From Minutocellus sp. GHC0000111 (taxonomy: Eukaryota), in the NCBI GenBank assembly GCA_977018835.1, contig OZ361258.1, positions 2,666,001-2,730,000 of the forward strand: a stretch of DNA of 64,000 nt, in the 5' to 3' direction. How positions within the stretch are numbered: the first letter of the stretch is position 1; each line of letters begins with the position of its first letter. Positions 19,411-30,678 of the stretch are shown here, piece after piece. A program made the translations under genes and the position numbers. The notes beneath the pieces are model-generated. The model saw only the letters and a program-made list of their open reading frames with translations, made no database searches and was not told the origin of the DNA.

Positions 19411-20802
19411 ATGGAGTCCTCCTCCGAAAAAGTGGCACGAAGGATACGAAGGAGAGGTGCGAAAGTGGCCACCACCACTACTACTGCTGGGTCACGCCCC
19501 GCGCCTCTCGCGATCCTGCTTCACGCCCTCCTCACATTCTTCGCCGTCGTCCAACGTAACGTCCGGCCAGTACAAGCTCAGAGCATCAACATAGGGTCCT
19601 TTATTGATCAAGACACCCTCGATCGATGCAAGGCTGCGCTCAACGAGGCTGACACCGACGACGATCTGATGGTGACGGCCGAGGAATACATTACGTACGT
19701 CAAGGGTGAATCCGGCCTGGCCATCGAGACGGAAGCCGATGAGCTAGTTGAGATCCCACTGTCGTTGGTCATGCTGTTCATTCGATATGCCTGTCAGTGC
19801 GTCCAGCGTCCCGGTGCGACGCCGCAGTGCTGCCACGGAGAGAATGCCCACCTCAACATTGCCGACGATGGATCGACCACCCAGTCGGTGTTCTTTTTGG
19901 ATTTCTGTCTGGATGCGCAGGATGCCATCGAGGAGGTGATGGTGACGGCATCGCCCACTCCAGCCCCGACCGTGGCACCGACCTTTGAGAACCAAATGTC
20001 AGTGAGGTTTCAGTACACTCTGACCAACGAAGATGGGCTGAATGCCGAGGCAGTCATGACGGGTGCTGGTGGAAACACGCTCAAGGCTGATCTGGAGGCC
20101 GCTACAAGGACCATCGTAATTCGAACACTGAACGAGACCAATCCTGATGCCTTCCGGGGACGTAAGAGCGTGGACAGTACCATTGGGTCCATTCCTCACG
20201 CCACTCAGGGTCGTGATCCGAGTACTGCACGCAAATCATCAATATTCGAAAAAGTCAGGAAGAACAAACTCGAGAGGCATCAGCAGCTGCACAGCGACGA
20301 GCCTGCAGATGTGGAAGGCGATGATACCGACCGGAGACTATTTGATTACGATGCCAACATGCAGCTATACCTTGACGATGGTGCAGGTCCATTTCTTCAA
20401 AAGTGCGGCATCGATGTTTATCGCCTCGACGAGGACACCTTGGAGGAGAGAGCGATTGCTCTGTCTCTCGCGGAGCTTTACCACCGAGCACAGCAAGCGA
20501 AGAGAGGTGATCGCCAAGTGCAACAAGGAGGTCAAGGGGTAGAATATCAGGATGGTCATCGGCACGACCGGCGTCGACTGGTAATTTACACGGATTTGTT
20601 GTTTATTGATATTTATCTTGTGCTCGATGATCCAACCTGCCCGCCGCTGTCTTCTATCGAGTGCCTAGTGATATTCACTCGCATACGTCTCCTCCTGGAA
20701 GAGGGAGATGACCAAGAGATGGTAAGAGACTTGGTTTCACAAGGAATGCGAAATAGCTTCGCCGATGGGTCCTTCATCGCAGCGATACCTGATAGCGAAT
20801 AG
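19411..20802 (+). CDS. Hypothetical secreted/membrane protein with EF-hand-like and Cys-rich segment
   Basis: Hydrophobic signal-like stretch, ADTDDDLMVTAEEY, CQC...CC, TASPTPAPT linker. Confidence 0.6.
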   Translation: MESSSEKVARRIRRRGAKVATTTTTAGSRPAPLAILLHALLTFFAVVQRNVRPVQAQSINIGSFIDQDTLDRCKAALNEADTDDDLMVTAEEYITYVKGESGLAIETEADELVEIPLSLVMLFIRYACQCVQRPGATPQCCHGENAHLNIADDGSTTQSVFFLDFCLDAQDAIEEVMVTASPTPAPTVAPTFENQMSVRFQYTLTNEDGLNAEAVMTGAGGNTLKADLEAATRTIVIRTLNETNPDAFRGRKSVDSTIGSIPHATQGRDPSTARKSSIFEKVRKNKLERHQQLHSDEPADVEGDDTDRRLFDYDANMQLYLDDGAGPFLQKCGIDVYRLDEDTLEERAIALSLAELYHRAQQAKRGDRQVQQGGQGVEYQDGHRHDRRRLVIYTDLLFIDIYLVLDDPTCPPLSSIECLVIFTRIRLLLEEGDDQEMVRDLVSQGMRNSFADGSFIAAIPDSE

Positions 20803-20975
20803 TGGACTTGATAGTGGTGATGCTACGGTACAAGGATGTTGATGTTGCAATGAGGAATGCTAATGCAATGGGATCTTTCGGGGCAGCAACACCAACATCA
20901 ATGCATGTAATTTAAATGGCATAATAATACTTATTATTGAAATTTTAGGACGTTTCAATGCCATTTGTATGTACT

Positions 20976-21776
20976 TTATTTATCGCTCTCATCATTACTA
21001 CCCTCATCTCCCTGCTCATCTTCATCGCTCTCTCCATCGGTTGGCACCGCCTCCACCTCTCCTTCACGATACAACCACGCTCCCTGTCGGATATGCTTTC
21101 CAGCCCTGGCAAAGGTTGACGTTTCCATGAAAGCCGTCTTTTCCCTTGAATCACGTTGCGTCATCGTTGCAACAAACTTGACTTTGGCAATCTGTTGGTC
21201 TCCTTCTCCTTCGAATGACTCTTCCAAAATGTTGCACTGTTTGAGCTCAAAGTTATCGTAGCAATTGATCTCAATGTCGTGCTTCATTTGATCTATATCT
21301 GCCTGGAAATTCTTGTTCAGTGGATGGACCGAGCCGACAATGAAATCAATCTCACGCTTGGCATACGCCGAATACCGGGCCCGCACAATCTGCTCCGGAG
21401 TTGCATTTGCGAACGCATCCGCACTCTTGTGGATGCCACCGCAGCATTTCATATATTCGAGTCCAGACCCACAGGGACAATCCTCAACCGCCGCACCGCC
21501 GAAACCAGAGGTGGAACGCTGTCGGTTGCCCACACCCCTGATCTTTTTCTTCTTCTTGGTGCCACCCTTCTTGGCAGTGAGAGTGGTTGTGGTGAGAGCT
21601 GGAAAATCAGATGCCGATCGAGCCGTGGAAGTGCCGATGGCGCGGGATGCAGTGAAGGCACATACCGCCGCTGGAGTTGTGGCCAACAAGGCGAGGAGAA
21701 GAACAATTCTTCGGGCCGTCATCGTGGTGGCTGAAGCAAGCAAGGGCGACTTGGCTGAAGGCAGAGAGTCGATCAA
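20976..21776 (-). CDS. YchJ/SEC-C motif protein, plastid-targeted
   Basis: CPCGSGLEYMKCC, TPEQIVRARYSAY, WLYREG; signal peptide with VCA-FT cleavage motif. Confidence 0.88.
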   Translation of the reverse strand: MIDSLPSAKSPLLASATTMTARRIVLLLALLATTPAAVCAFTASRAIGTSTARSASDFPALTTTTLTAKKGGTKKKKKIRGVGNRQRSTSGFGGAAVEDCPCGSGLEYMKCCGGIHKSADAFANATPEQIVRARYSAYAKREIDFIVGSVHPLNKNFQADIDQMKHDIEINCYDNFELKQCNILEESFEGEGDQQIAKVKFVATMTQRDSREKTAFMETSTFARAGKHIRQGAWLYREGEVEAVPTDGESDEDEQGDEGSNDESDK

Positions 21777-22240
21777 TGGCGCACAATGAGCTGCACAATG
21801 GCAAGTACGTGGACGGTGCGGTGTTGGAAGTATCGATCAGCGATTACTTTATTTGTTCATTTAGAAAGCCCCCGCAGTATGTGGTGTCAAACCGCATCTT
21901 TTGAAGATGACATGCTCCCATGTTTTGCGTGTTGTTTAGCATTACTAACATTTTAAGCTTGGCGAGTACAAGATACCGCCCAGTGACATAGCACACCTGC
22001 GTGTTCTCTGTCCCGCGACCTTCGCGCATCTCGTTTTTCAACATGCGGTGGACGATGCGACACGTCAAACTGAAATTTGGCACATCATATCGAAAGTAAG
22101 CCAAATGCCAACGATGACCTCTTGCCGCGGCCGCATAAAATGAGATGTGCACGAGAACGACCGTTTATTATGACCGGGTGATGACCACAATCTTTTCTTA
22201 ATCTGTATATCTAAAACGCACCCGAATTTATCATTTCATC

Positions 22241-24016
22241 ATGACGCTCGAAATCTCCTCGCCATCGGCGTCGGCCCCTCTTACGGCCTCTGCATCGCCG
22301 GTCGTTGGCGGTGGTGGCAAAAGCAAATGGTCACCTTGGGTGAAGAAGCCATTATGGGCCGCAACCGATCCGCACTTAGTGGCATCCGTGGATGGGGAGG
22401 CTGGAGCACAGACGCATCTGGCGCGACATCTGACGCTGTTCGATCTCATCTGTATTGGAGTTGGTGCTACGATTGGAAGCGGCGTATTTGTGCTGTGTGG
22501 CCTGGTCGCACATAGCTATGCTGGTCCTGCGACCTTTCTCTCGTGGGGAATCGCTTGCATGGCAGCTACATTAAGCGGACTATGTTACGCAGAATTGGCC
22601 GGTCGTTTCCCTGCTGCTGGGTCATCCTATGCCTACAGTTTTATCGCGTTGGGAGAATTACCAGCAGTTCTAGCTGGCTCTTGCATGACTTTGGAATATG
22701 TCTTCTCTGCAAGTGCCGTTGCCAGGTCCTGCGGAGACAAGGTCGTGGAATATGCAAAGGCGAACATGGATCCAGATTCGAATCACCCTATACTCAATTT
22801 TCTGGAGCCAGGTGGCGGAGTGAATCCATTTGCATTCATCATCTCGACTGTGGCAATAGGGTTGCATCTCCGCGGAGCACGCGAATCGAAGGGCGTTACC
22901 AACGTCTTTTCACTTCTCAAGGTGTCCTTGGTGATCTTCATGACGGCGGTAGGTTACAGCCTACTTCAGCCAGCAAATCTTACACCAGTGGTTCCACAAG
23001 AGTTTGGTATTTCAGGCGTATTCAGAGGCGCTTCGACCTTGTTCTTCGGTTACATTGGTTACGATGAGATCTGTTGCGTCGCGGGAGAAGCTATTAATCC
23101 ATCTCGAAATCTGCCACGGGCAGTAATCGCTTCGCTGGTGACCGTTACGATCCTCTACATGGTAGCTGCAGTAGCACTGACTGGAATGGTACCATACGAA
23201 GAAATTAGTGAAACATCTCCATTCCCGGATGGCTTCCGTTACCGTGGCGTAGAGTGGGCATCACATCTAAGTGCAATTGGCGAGCTTGTCACTCTGCCCT
23301 TGGTCGTGCTGGTATCAATCATGGCACAACCGCGGCTGCAGTACGCCATGGCCCACGATGGTCTTCTCCCAGCAATATTTGCTTCCCTCGATTCGAAGGG
23401 GAATCTGTGGTGGGGAACTTTGATCTCAGGCGTGGTCATGATAATCATTGCCACGTTTGTGCCATTCACGTATCTCAATGATCTCATTAGCGCAGGAATC
23501 CTCATTGCTTTTTCAATGACCGATGCCAGCGTGATTCTGCTCAGACACAAGTCTCCAGAGAATAAGCCACTCTACTTGGAGAAGTTATTGGGCGCATTCA
23601 ATGTCCTTGCAATAATATCTGGAATTCTGGTTTCGTACTGCGCAGACACATTTGAAGGACAATGCTTCTCAGCATTATTTGGCTTGCTTCTGCTTGCGGT
23701 TGGATTCGAATTGCAAAAAGTTTGCGCTCGATCTCCTTCTTCGGAATCTACTCCGGCCGACAAGGAGGGCTTCAAGACACCCATGGTGCCATTGTTGCCT
23801 CTACTTGGAATGGCTGTGAATTGGTACCTGATTGCACATCTTGCCACGTTCAGTCTTATCCTCTTGGCAATATATCTCGTCATTACATTCGCAATCTATT
23901 TTCTGTATTCTTCTAGGCATAGCGTGGCCAATACTACTGGTTGGATTCGGCATGATGGTGATGATTCCGGCGGAGACGGTAATTTTGAGCTAGCAACTGG
24001 GCACAAGATAACTTAA
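22241..24016 (+). CDS. Cationic amino-acid transporter (APC/CAT family)
   Basis: LTLFDLICIGVGATIGSGVFV, CYAELAGRFPAAGSSY, FFGYIGYD, PRLQYAMAHDGLLP. Confidence 0.93.
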   Translation: MTLEISSPSASAPLTASASPVVGGGGKSKWSPWVKKPLWAATDPHLVASVDGEAGAQTHLARHLTLFDLICIGVGATIGSGVFVLCGLVAHSYAGPATFLSWGIACMAATLSGLCYAELAGRFPAAGSSYAYSFIALGELPAVLAGSCMTLEYVFSASAVARSCGDKVVEYAKANMDPDSNHPILNFLEPGGGVNPFAFIISTVAIGLHLRGARESKGVTNVFSLLKVSLVIFMTAVGYSLLQPANLTPVVPQEFGISGVFRGASTLFFGYIGYDEICCVAGEAINPSRNLPRAVIASLVTVTILYMVAAVALTGMVPYEEISETSPFPDGFRYRGVEWASHLSAIGELVTLPLVVLVSIMAQPRLQYAMAHDGLLPAIFASLDSKGNLWWGTLISGVVMIIIATFVPFTYLNDLISAGILIAFSMTDASVILLRHKSPENKPLYLEKLLGAFNVLAIISGILVSYCADTFEGQCFSALFGLLLLAVGFELQKVCARSPSSESTPADKEGFKTPMVPLLPLLGMAVNWYLIAHLATFSLILLAIYLVITFAIYFLYSSRHSVANTTGWIRHDGDDSGGDGNFELATGHKIT

Positions 24017-24096
24017 AGGCCATGGTGGCTACGAAGACTTGTCGGGTACTGATTGCTAGTCGGAATCTAATTCTATTATTAATTTGTTTATTACAA

Positions 24097-25473
24097 TCAT
24101 TCAACCTCCGCATCAATGACGCCCCCAGCGAGTCGCCTTTGTCCAGTAGATGTACCTCTATCAGACGATGCACTTCTCCTCGCTGGTCTTGTCGGTTCCT
24201 TTCCAAGCACCCAATTGCAAATCTCATTCACCGCTCCCTGCATGATGTTCTCATCACCAAAAGAAGCTCCCTGAAAGCCGCCAGAAACTTCTCCCGCAAT
24301 ATCTCGGGCCTCTTCGGGAAGATCGAAATCATTGAGATTGAGATTTATAAACACAGGACCAAGATGCGATCCCTCCAAACCAGAGACTTTTGGACCATTT
24401 CCACCAGCTGTTCGGCACGCATTGAGGAATCCTTCGGAACTGTCCAATCCATCATCGTCAAACACAAAAAGCCGGGTCTTGTCCTGAAGAGCCTGATCAT
24501 ACTTACTGCTCACAATCCTTTCTGTATCAGCAGGTGACGGCTTGAATTCGAGACCAATCATTCCTATCGCCATCTCGGCTATCTGGCCAATGTTATCAAA
24601 CATTGCCTCATCCATTCCGCTCCCAAGGTTGCCCTGTAGCTCTCGAGCAAACGACTTGGTTTGCTGAACGATGGAAGAGAATCCAAAATTATTGTAGGAC
24701 ATAAAACCGACACCTGAAAGATCGGCTCCAATTCCCGTCGCCGCCAAGGATATTGTCTGGAGCTTGCAGCCCAGACTGTGGCTCAGAAAGAATTTTGGCA
24801 GAGAGCTTGCATATCCTCGTTCGTCTTCCAACTTGATTATGGCTTTTCGGAGAGATTCACCATTCTTCTTGGCTATCTCAAAGTGGTCAATACCCAAATC
24901 ATATGGTGCAGCAATCACGGCAGCATTGAGGCGGGCAGAGACGCGTTTGAGAAGCTCGCTGTAAGCAATGTGCGGGTAGGTGCCCAATCCAGCTCCACCG
25001 GTGAACAAAATGACACAGGAAGGTGTTGACGGAGGTGATGGCTCCAACAGATACACAAATTCCTCTTTCATCGATGGCGGAGGTGTGAGATCGTCATTCC
25101 ATTTGTAGTCCGTGGGTTCCTCAGATAAGACGACCTTTTCCCATTCGCCAATCCGTCGGTTATTACTTAATTCATATTGCTGATCAAGACGTGCCAACGC
25201 CGAGACTAATTCTCCTGTCCCACCCATCCCTTCGCCGTCACCAAGAGACATGGATAGACCGTTTGGCGAAGATGATTGCCTCCACGTGGTGTTGATGTTC
25301 CTCTTCGTCAGCAATTTCTTTGCCCTCTGACGAAGGGCGGCGTGAGTAGCACCGGCGGCAGCAGTGGCGACATTCCCTCTATTACCCGGCGCATCATTCA
25401 GCACGAAAGCAGAAGACAACCACAAAGATGATAGTGGGGAAATCCCAGATATGGAAGCTGGAAGACTCTTCAT
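24097..25473 (-). CDS. DUF1350-like alpha/beta-hydrolase-fold protein, probably plastid-targeted
   Basis: FTGGAGLGTYPHIAYSELL, HSLGCKL, SYNNF; SSA-FV presequence motif. Confidence 0.8.
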   Translation of the reverse strand: MKSLPASISGISPLSSLWLSSAFVLNDAPGNRGNVATAAAGATHAALRQRAKKLLTKRNINTTWRQSSSPNGLSMSLGDGEGMGGTGELVSALARLDQQYELSNNRRIGEWEKVVLSEEPTDYKWNDDLTPPPSMKEEFVYLLEPSPPSTPSCVILFTGGAGLGTYPHIAYSELLKRVSARLNAAVIAAPYDLGIDHFEIAKKNGESLRKAIIKLEDERGYASSLPKFFLSHSLGCKLQTISLAATGIGADLSGVGFMSYNNFGFSSIVQQTKSFARELQGNLGSGMDEAMFDNIGQIAEMAIGMIGLEFKPSPADTERIVSSKYDQALQDKTRLFVFDDDGLDSSEGFLNACRTAGGNGPKVSGLEGSHLGPVFINLNLNDFDLPEEARDIAGEVSGGFQGASFGDENIMQGAVNEICNWVLGKEPTRPARRSASSDRGTSTGQRRLAGGVIDAEVE

Positions 25474-25689
25474 TGGTTGTCTCAAACGTGGGGTGCGTTC
25501 GTGGCTCGGCCCAGTGAAGAATGAAGGCGACTGAATGAAGCGAAGCGAAGGGAAATAAAAATCAGGGGGGGGGGGGGCAATTGGTCATTCCGTCATCCGA
25601 GCCGAACGAACTCTGTCGAACAGGGAAGAAGCTTTTCTCAGTGCCCCTCGGCCCTCGCCTCCTTGCCGTGGTCGCATAAGAATGGAACG

Positions 25690-26888
25690 ATGGCCCTCCT
25701 GGTTGCACCGTCTCTACGCTCGAGGACGACGGCTCGGGTGGTCCTACCCGCCATCTCCTCAGTATGGTTTTCCTCCTCCTCTTCTCCATCGCCCAAATAC
25801 TACATCCCGCGTAAGCAACGAACCACAACTGATGGGATTTACGAGATCGATCGAGTGTACGACAGCAGATTGAAAAGGAGAAGAAGGATAGACCCGACGC
25901 GGGAGCTGAATTATCAAGCTGAGAACTGGGAGAGCCACAAAAGTGTGTACCCAACGTTCGGTGCCAGCCCCTTCCAACGACTGTTGTTCCCCGACCTGTT
26001 CATAACCTCCGCCATTGCTGGAGGTCTGACGTACTACAATGAATTTGTTGACACCGAAGCACTTTGGATGGATGGCAAAGGTCTTGCAGCTGGAACGACG
26101 GCAATAGCTCTACTCTCGGGTTTTCGTCTGAACGCATCTTACGGTCGTTATGTCGAAGCTCGCACATTGCTCGGTGCGGTCAATACAGCTTCCCGTGATC
26201 TGGCATCGAATGCCAATATGTGGCTGACCACAGAAGAAAGCAAAGATCGAATGATGAGACTGATAAAGGCTTTCTCAGTTACGCTGATATTTCACTTGAA
26301 TGCCAAAGGTGGTCATAAACAAATCCGAAGGAACCAGGCAAACTTTCGTGATCAAGTTTATTCCGAATTTAGAGCCGAGTTGCTCGATGTGTTTCTAGGC
26401 CATGAAAGAGATGAAGATTTTGTACGGATTTGCAACTGGTTTTGCACGTAAGGAACAAATGTTCCATTGGGAATCACTCTGATGATGCGAGAAATTATTT
26501 CCCAAAACAGTACAGACGAAGACGGGGCAGTGCCTTTGTCCGTCTACAATCGTGAGCTTGATATCCACGTTCAAAAGTTTGTGGCCAGTTTGGGCGGATG
26601 TGAACGCATACAAAAGACGCCCATCCCGACCTGCTTTACGAGACACACCTCGCGGCTTATATTCATGTGGTCGACGTTGCTTCCGTTTGCGATTTATCCG
26701 GTATGTGGCCCTTTCTTCACTTTTCCTTCAACCCAATTACCTACTCAATACTGGGTCTTGAGGATATTGGAGTCCAGATCGAGGAGCCGTTCAACATCTT
26801 ACCTCTTCGCCAGTACTCTGATGGTGTTTACGACGGTGTCGATTTCATCAGATCGGCCAGCACATTCCCCCCAGATAAGAATACTTGA
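25690..26888 (+). pseudogene. Bestrophin-like (UPF0187/YneE) channel, disrupted
   Basis: FRLNASYGRYVEAR, GGCERIQKTPIP..FTRHTSR, LEDIGVQIEEPF; in-frame TAA at 26449-26451 and frameshift near 26735. Confidence 0.8.
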
Positions 26889-27222
26889 TGTGCTTATTTG
26901 AGACCTCAGATTGTGGGGACATTTGTTTGCTCTCTCTAGTACATGTATCTACATGTACCGGTAGGATTCCTAGTCTAATTCTAACGCACCTTGTCGAGCT
27001 ACAGGCTTTTACGTCGTAAGAAAGAAAAATATTCAAAACCGTTGGCTTGGTCATCATCACACGGCACGAGGCACGGGGCCCAGAGCCGGCCCAGGCAGCG
27101 CAGCTAGTAGCAGCGCATCCGCATCCAGCCACAAATTAAATACTAGCTAGAGTGCGGCGAGTAAGTCACAGCATGAGCATGACTTGATGATATGCCTTGG
27201 TCGGAGGTCGTCGGTACCAATA

Positions 27223-29265
27223 ATGACCAACACTGACGATGAGGGCCATTCTTCAGCCACAGCCACAGCCTCTGCGCTCATTGTGTCGGCGGCCGACAAG
27301 GCAGGAATGGAGGGTGTTGATCGGGCCAAAATCGACGCCATCATTCTCCGCGAATCGGGCAATTCCAATTTCATGAAGCAGCAACGCAAACGGGATGCTG
27401 CCGTGGATGAGAGGATAGCCAAGATGCAAAGACGGTTGGATGAACACAAGGTCGGACCTCATACGTGGGCCGAGGCGGAACGTCGGATGGAGCCCGAGAT
27501 TGAACGGCTCACGAAGAAACGGAAACGTCTGTCAACTTGCGTCGTTGTTGACATGGACGCGTTCTACATGTCGTGTGAGTTACTTTCTCGGCCCGATCTC
27601 AACGATAAGCCGGCGGTAGTAGGACGGGGAATGGTTCTAACGTCCAACTATGTTGCAAGAAGGTACGGTGTTCGGTCTGCAATGGCTGGGTGGATAGCAG
27701 ACAAGCTAGTAGAGGAATTGTCCAATGGAAAGGAGAAACTCGTCCACGTCCCATCCAACTTTGATCTGTACACAAGCAAAGCGCACGAAGTCCGATCGGT
27801 TTTGGCGGAATATGATCCAAAGATGCGTGCCTATTCTCTCGACGAAGCGTACTTGGATTTAGAGCCATATCTTGCTCTTCGAATTGGAAAGAAATTGAGT
27901 CACGAAGAAGTAGTGGCACTGTTGACCAAGGCTGAGCAAACCACGTCTAATGACGATGAGGAAGAACAAGATGAAGATGAAGTTGAAGGAGACAATATCG
28001 ATGCAAAGCCTGCGGCAAAAGATGAAGACGCCTCTCTTGAACACCTCAGTCCTGACTTTGTGTTAAAAGCAACGGCAGCTATTGTGGACGAAATGCGAAA
28101 GAAGGTTACCAAAGCCACTGGCGGTCTCACATGTTCCGCTGGACTTGCCAATAATTTCATGTTATCAAAGATTGCGTCAGATCTCAACAAGCCCAACGGC
28201 CAGTGTATTGTTGGACCTTCAAACAAGGAGGTCCTTGCTTTTATTCGACCAATGAAGGTTCGAAAAGTCGGCGGTATCGGACGCGTTACGGAAAAGATCT
28301 TGAATGCTTTTGAGATTCGAACCGTAGAGGAACTGTACGACAAAAGGGCTTTGGTTCAATTCATATTTGACGGACAAGCCACGGCTAATTTTTTGTTGCA
28401 GCGGTCAATTGGGTGGTCCAATTCTGATTCCAATAGCAAAGACGACGAAGAGGAGTCATCGTTGGGACAAAAAGGCATCAGCAAGGAACGGACATTCCGT
28501 GCGGGGCGAACATGGGGTGAAGTGAATGCCAAACTTGAGGAAATTGCTGAGAAATTATCTGAAGCCATGAAGAGGAAGAAATTATTTGCACACACGATCA
28601 CTCTCAAAGTCAAGCTCTCAACCTTTGACGTATTATCAAGAGCAAAAAGCATGGCGCGGGGAGTGTACATTCAATCCGCTCAGGATATGATCCCTATTGC
28701 GTCCAAAATACTCTCCGATTTGAAGAATGAACACAAGGGTCTCTTTAGCGTTCGCTTATTGGGGATTCGGTGCAGCAATTTTAGAGAGGAGTCCGATTCT
28801 CGTCAAAAACAACTCGACACATTTCTGGTCAAGAAGCAGGCCGATTCATCGGATGCTCGGCCAACCTCTACTGATGCTGTATGTTCGCCAAAGAAGCCAG
28901 AGGATCAAGAAGGGATGACGAATGAGAAGCAAGATCGAAAGTTGATAGTATCCCCTTACCGAAAGGGAATCATTGGCAACAAATCGAGTCCTCATGCTCG
29001 GGGAAACGTTTCGTCCCCTGGACCTTCGACGCCCATAGCCGTAGCTGCTGTATCCGATCCCGCTGACTCTTCGTCAGTTGAAACAGTATGTCCAATATGC
29101 TCAAAGACCGTCGCGGGAGACAACAATGATCTAAATCGACACGTCGATGCGTGCCTGAATGCCGGCACAGTTGCCGAGCTCGTCGAGCAGTCGAATGCAG
29201 AAGCCGATGAAAGGTCAAGCAAGAAGCGCCGGGTTCTCAAGGATTTCTTCGCCAGCAGTAAGTAA
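27223..29265 (+). CDS. POLK: DNA polymerase kappa (Y-family)
   Basis: DKAGMEG N-clasp, VDMDAFY, SNYVARRYGVRSAM, SLDEAYLD, SDLNKPNGQ, VRLLGIR, UBZ4 CPIC...HVDAC, PIP-like LKDFF. Confidence 0.95.
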   Translation: MTNTDDEGHSSATATASALIVSAADKAGMEGVDRAKIDAIILRESGNSNFMKQQRKRDAAVDERIAKMQRRLDEHKVGPHTWAEAERRMEPEIERLTKKRKRLSTCVVVDMDAFYMSCELLSRPDLNDKPAVVGRGMVLTSNYVARRYGVRSAMAGWIADKLVEELSNGKEKLVHVPSNFDLYTSKAHEVRSVLAEYDPKMRAYSLDEAYLDLEPYLALRIGKKLSHEEVVALLTKAEQTTSNDDEEEQDEDEVEGDNIDAKPAAKDEDASLEHLSPDFVLKATAAIVDEMRKKVTKATGGLTCSAGLANNFMLSKIASDLNKPNGQCIVGPSNKEVLAFIRPMKVRKVGGIGRVTEKILNAFEIRTVEELYDKRALVQFIFDGQATANFLLQRSIGWSNSDSNSKDDEEESSLGQKGISKERTFRAGRTWGEVNAKLEEIAEKLSEAMKRKKLFAHTITLKVKLSTFDVLSRAKSMARGVYIQSAQDMIPIASKILSDLKNEHKGLFSVRLLGIRCSNFREESDSRQKQLDTFLVKKQADSSDARPTSTDAVCSPKKPEDQEGMTNEKQDRKLIVSPYRKGIIGNKSSPHARGNVSSPGPSTPIAVAAVSDPADSSSVETVCPICSKTVAGDNNDLNRHVDACLNAGTVAELVEQSNAEADERSSKKRRVLKDFFASSK

Positions 29266-29450
29266 TCAAACTGCAGCTAGCTGAGGCAGACAATACGATA
29301 GAATCTACAAGATATTTGCATAGTAGATAACCGTTCATACGTATAACAATATTTTGCATGACAAGCTCCCAATAATATGTAGTATAGATCTAGCCGACGA
29401 AGCGAGGAGAGGTCCTGAATGGATGTTTATTTCTTTACCAAATATTGACA

Positions 29451-30674
29451 TCATGCCTCTTCGTTGTCATAATATTCATCGTAGCTGTACTCATCGTACG
29501 CATCGTAATCATCTTCATCTTCAAGTGCATCGTCATCCTCAGCATTTGCTTCGTCCTCCTTGTCGTCGGCAGGAGCATCCTCCTTTTCTTCATCGGCCTC
29601 GGCCTCAGCTTCCTTCTCCTCTTCTATCGGGGCCTCTTCTTCCTCCTCGTCACCACCCTGCAGTCCCTTCTGCAACAGCTCACCCGAGACCGACGCCCCC
29701 ATTCTCGATGGCAAGAACATACCAAACGCATCGAGCTCCGGAGTCGTCCTCTTCATCAAACCCTTGGTCTGGGGCAAAAGCTCCTCCGAGTAGAACTGAC
29801 ACCACTTCTTGACAATGGCGGGGTCGGCACCCTTGGAATCCTTTCCACCCTTGAGGGCGCGGTTGAGAGCCACCGCAGTGGCGGTCGTCAGGCCAATGAG
29901 ATCGGAAACCACCCGCTCCACGCACATGGCCGTCGATTCGCAAACCTCACCGTCCTTCAGAGCACAGGCACATCCGGCCTTGAGGATCATCTGCGCCGCC
30001 TCGAGGTGCTCGGTGCGAAGAGCTGTGGCAGTGATGGGCTTCGCCGCGGCCTTGGACGAGCGGGACGATCGCGAGGAGGGACCAGGACCGGCACTCTCCT
30101 GAGAGATTTCATTGAACATGCCGCCGAAGCACTGAGCACGGAGCAACACGTAGTGCGCATAGCGCGACATGTAGTCCGCGAAGGGCTTGACCTCGGGCGA
30201 CGCGTCGGAGGGGATGAGGGTCTTGGAGTTGAAGTACTTCTCCCCCTTCCTCTTGGGGTCGCGGGTCCGGCGCAATTCGCGCAGGCGGGCCTTGAGGGCG
30301 GCCTGATGGTCGGGCGCGCCGTCGGCCGAGAAGCGGTGGAGGATGTACAGCGACTTGAGGGTGGTGCGCCAATCCTTCTCGGCCATCTTGCTCCAGAGCT
30401 TGCGCAACACGGCGTCGTAGATGTCGTACCGGCCGGAGATCTGGTAGGTGACGCCGACGAGACGCTCGACGTGCTTGCCCTTGACGGGCTCGTCGTTGGG
30501 CTTGGTCGCCTTGAGCATGACCTGTTCGAGCTCGGACGAGGTGAGGCCCTTGACCTCGCGGTAGATGTTGGACGAGAGCTTGGTGGTGGTCTCCCTGGCG
30601 GCCGTTACGGAGGATACGGCGGCGTACGTACCGTACGTATGTATACGTACGTACGTATCCCACGGCATCAACAT
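29451..30674 (-). CDS. Chimeric ORF: 17 TSD/LTR-derived codons fused in frame to the ANTH domain and acidic tail
   Basis: MLMPWDTYVRIHTYGTY|AAVSSVTAARE...; downstream part identical to the C-terminal part of 44027-45904. Confidence 0.6.
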   Translation of the reverse strand: MLMPWDTYVRIHTYGTYAAVSSVTAARETTTKLSSNIYREVKGLTSSELEQVMLKATKPNDEPVKGKHVERLVGVTYQISGRYDIYDAVLRKLWSKMAEKDWRTTLKSLYILHRFSADGAPDHQAALKARLRELRRTRDPKRKGEKYFNSKTLIPSDASPEVKPFADYMSRYAHYVLLRAQCFGGMFNEISQESAGPGPSSRSSRSSKAAAKPITATALRTEHLEAAQMILKAGCACALKDGEVCESTAMCVERVVSDLIGLTTATAVALNRALKGGKDSKGADPAIVKKWCQFYSEELLPQTKGLMKRTTPELDAFGMFLPSRMGASVSGELLQKGLQGGDEEEEEAPIEEEKEAEAEADEEKEDAPADDKEDEANAEDDDALEDEDDYDAYDEYSYDEYYDNEEA

Positions 30675-30678
30675 TGAC
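30623..30678 (-). mobile_element. 51-bp terminal fragment of the Copia 5' LTR plus TSD copy
   Basis: cgtacgtaccg...catcaaca|ttgac; carries the 5'-LTR variant (G). Confidence 0.92.

Larger units (their letters stand above)
16047..30622. repeat. Tandem segmental duplication, copy 1 (14,576 bp)
   Basis: Every ORF recurs at +14,576; CGT microhomology at 16047, 30623 and 45199. Confidence 0.97.

Noticed and set aside
25565..25577. G13 run as functional element
   Set aside because: Simple homopolymer in a divergent intergenic gap; no further support
26448..26510. 63-nt GTAAG...CAG intron that would remove the bestrophin stop
   Set aside because: It would delete NVPLGITLMMREII, which looks like a conserved family helix, and the downstream frameshift would remain
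30623..30678. Solo LTR or second Copia insertion
   Set aside because: Only 51 bp of LTR, with the same TSD and flank as 16098 onward; explained by the duplication
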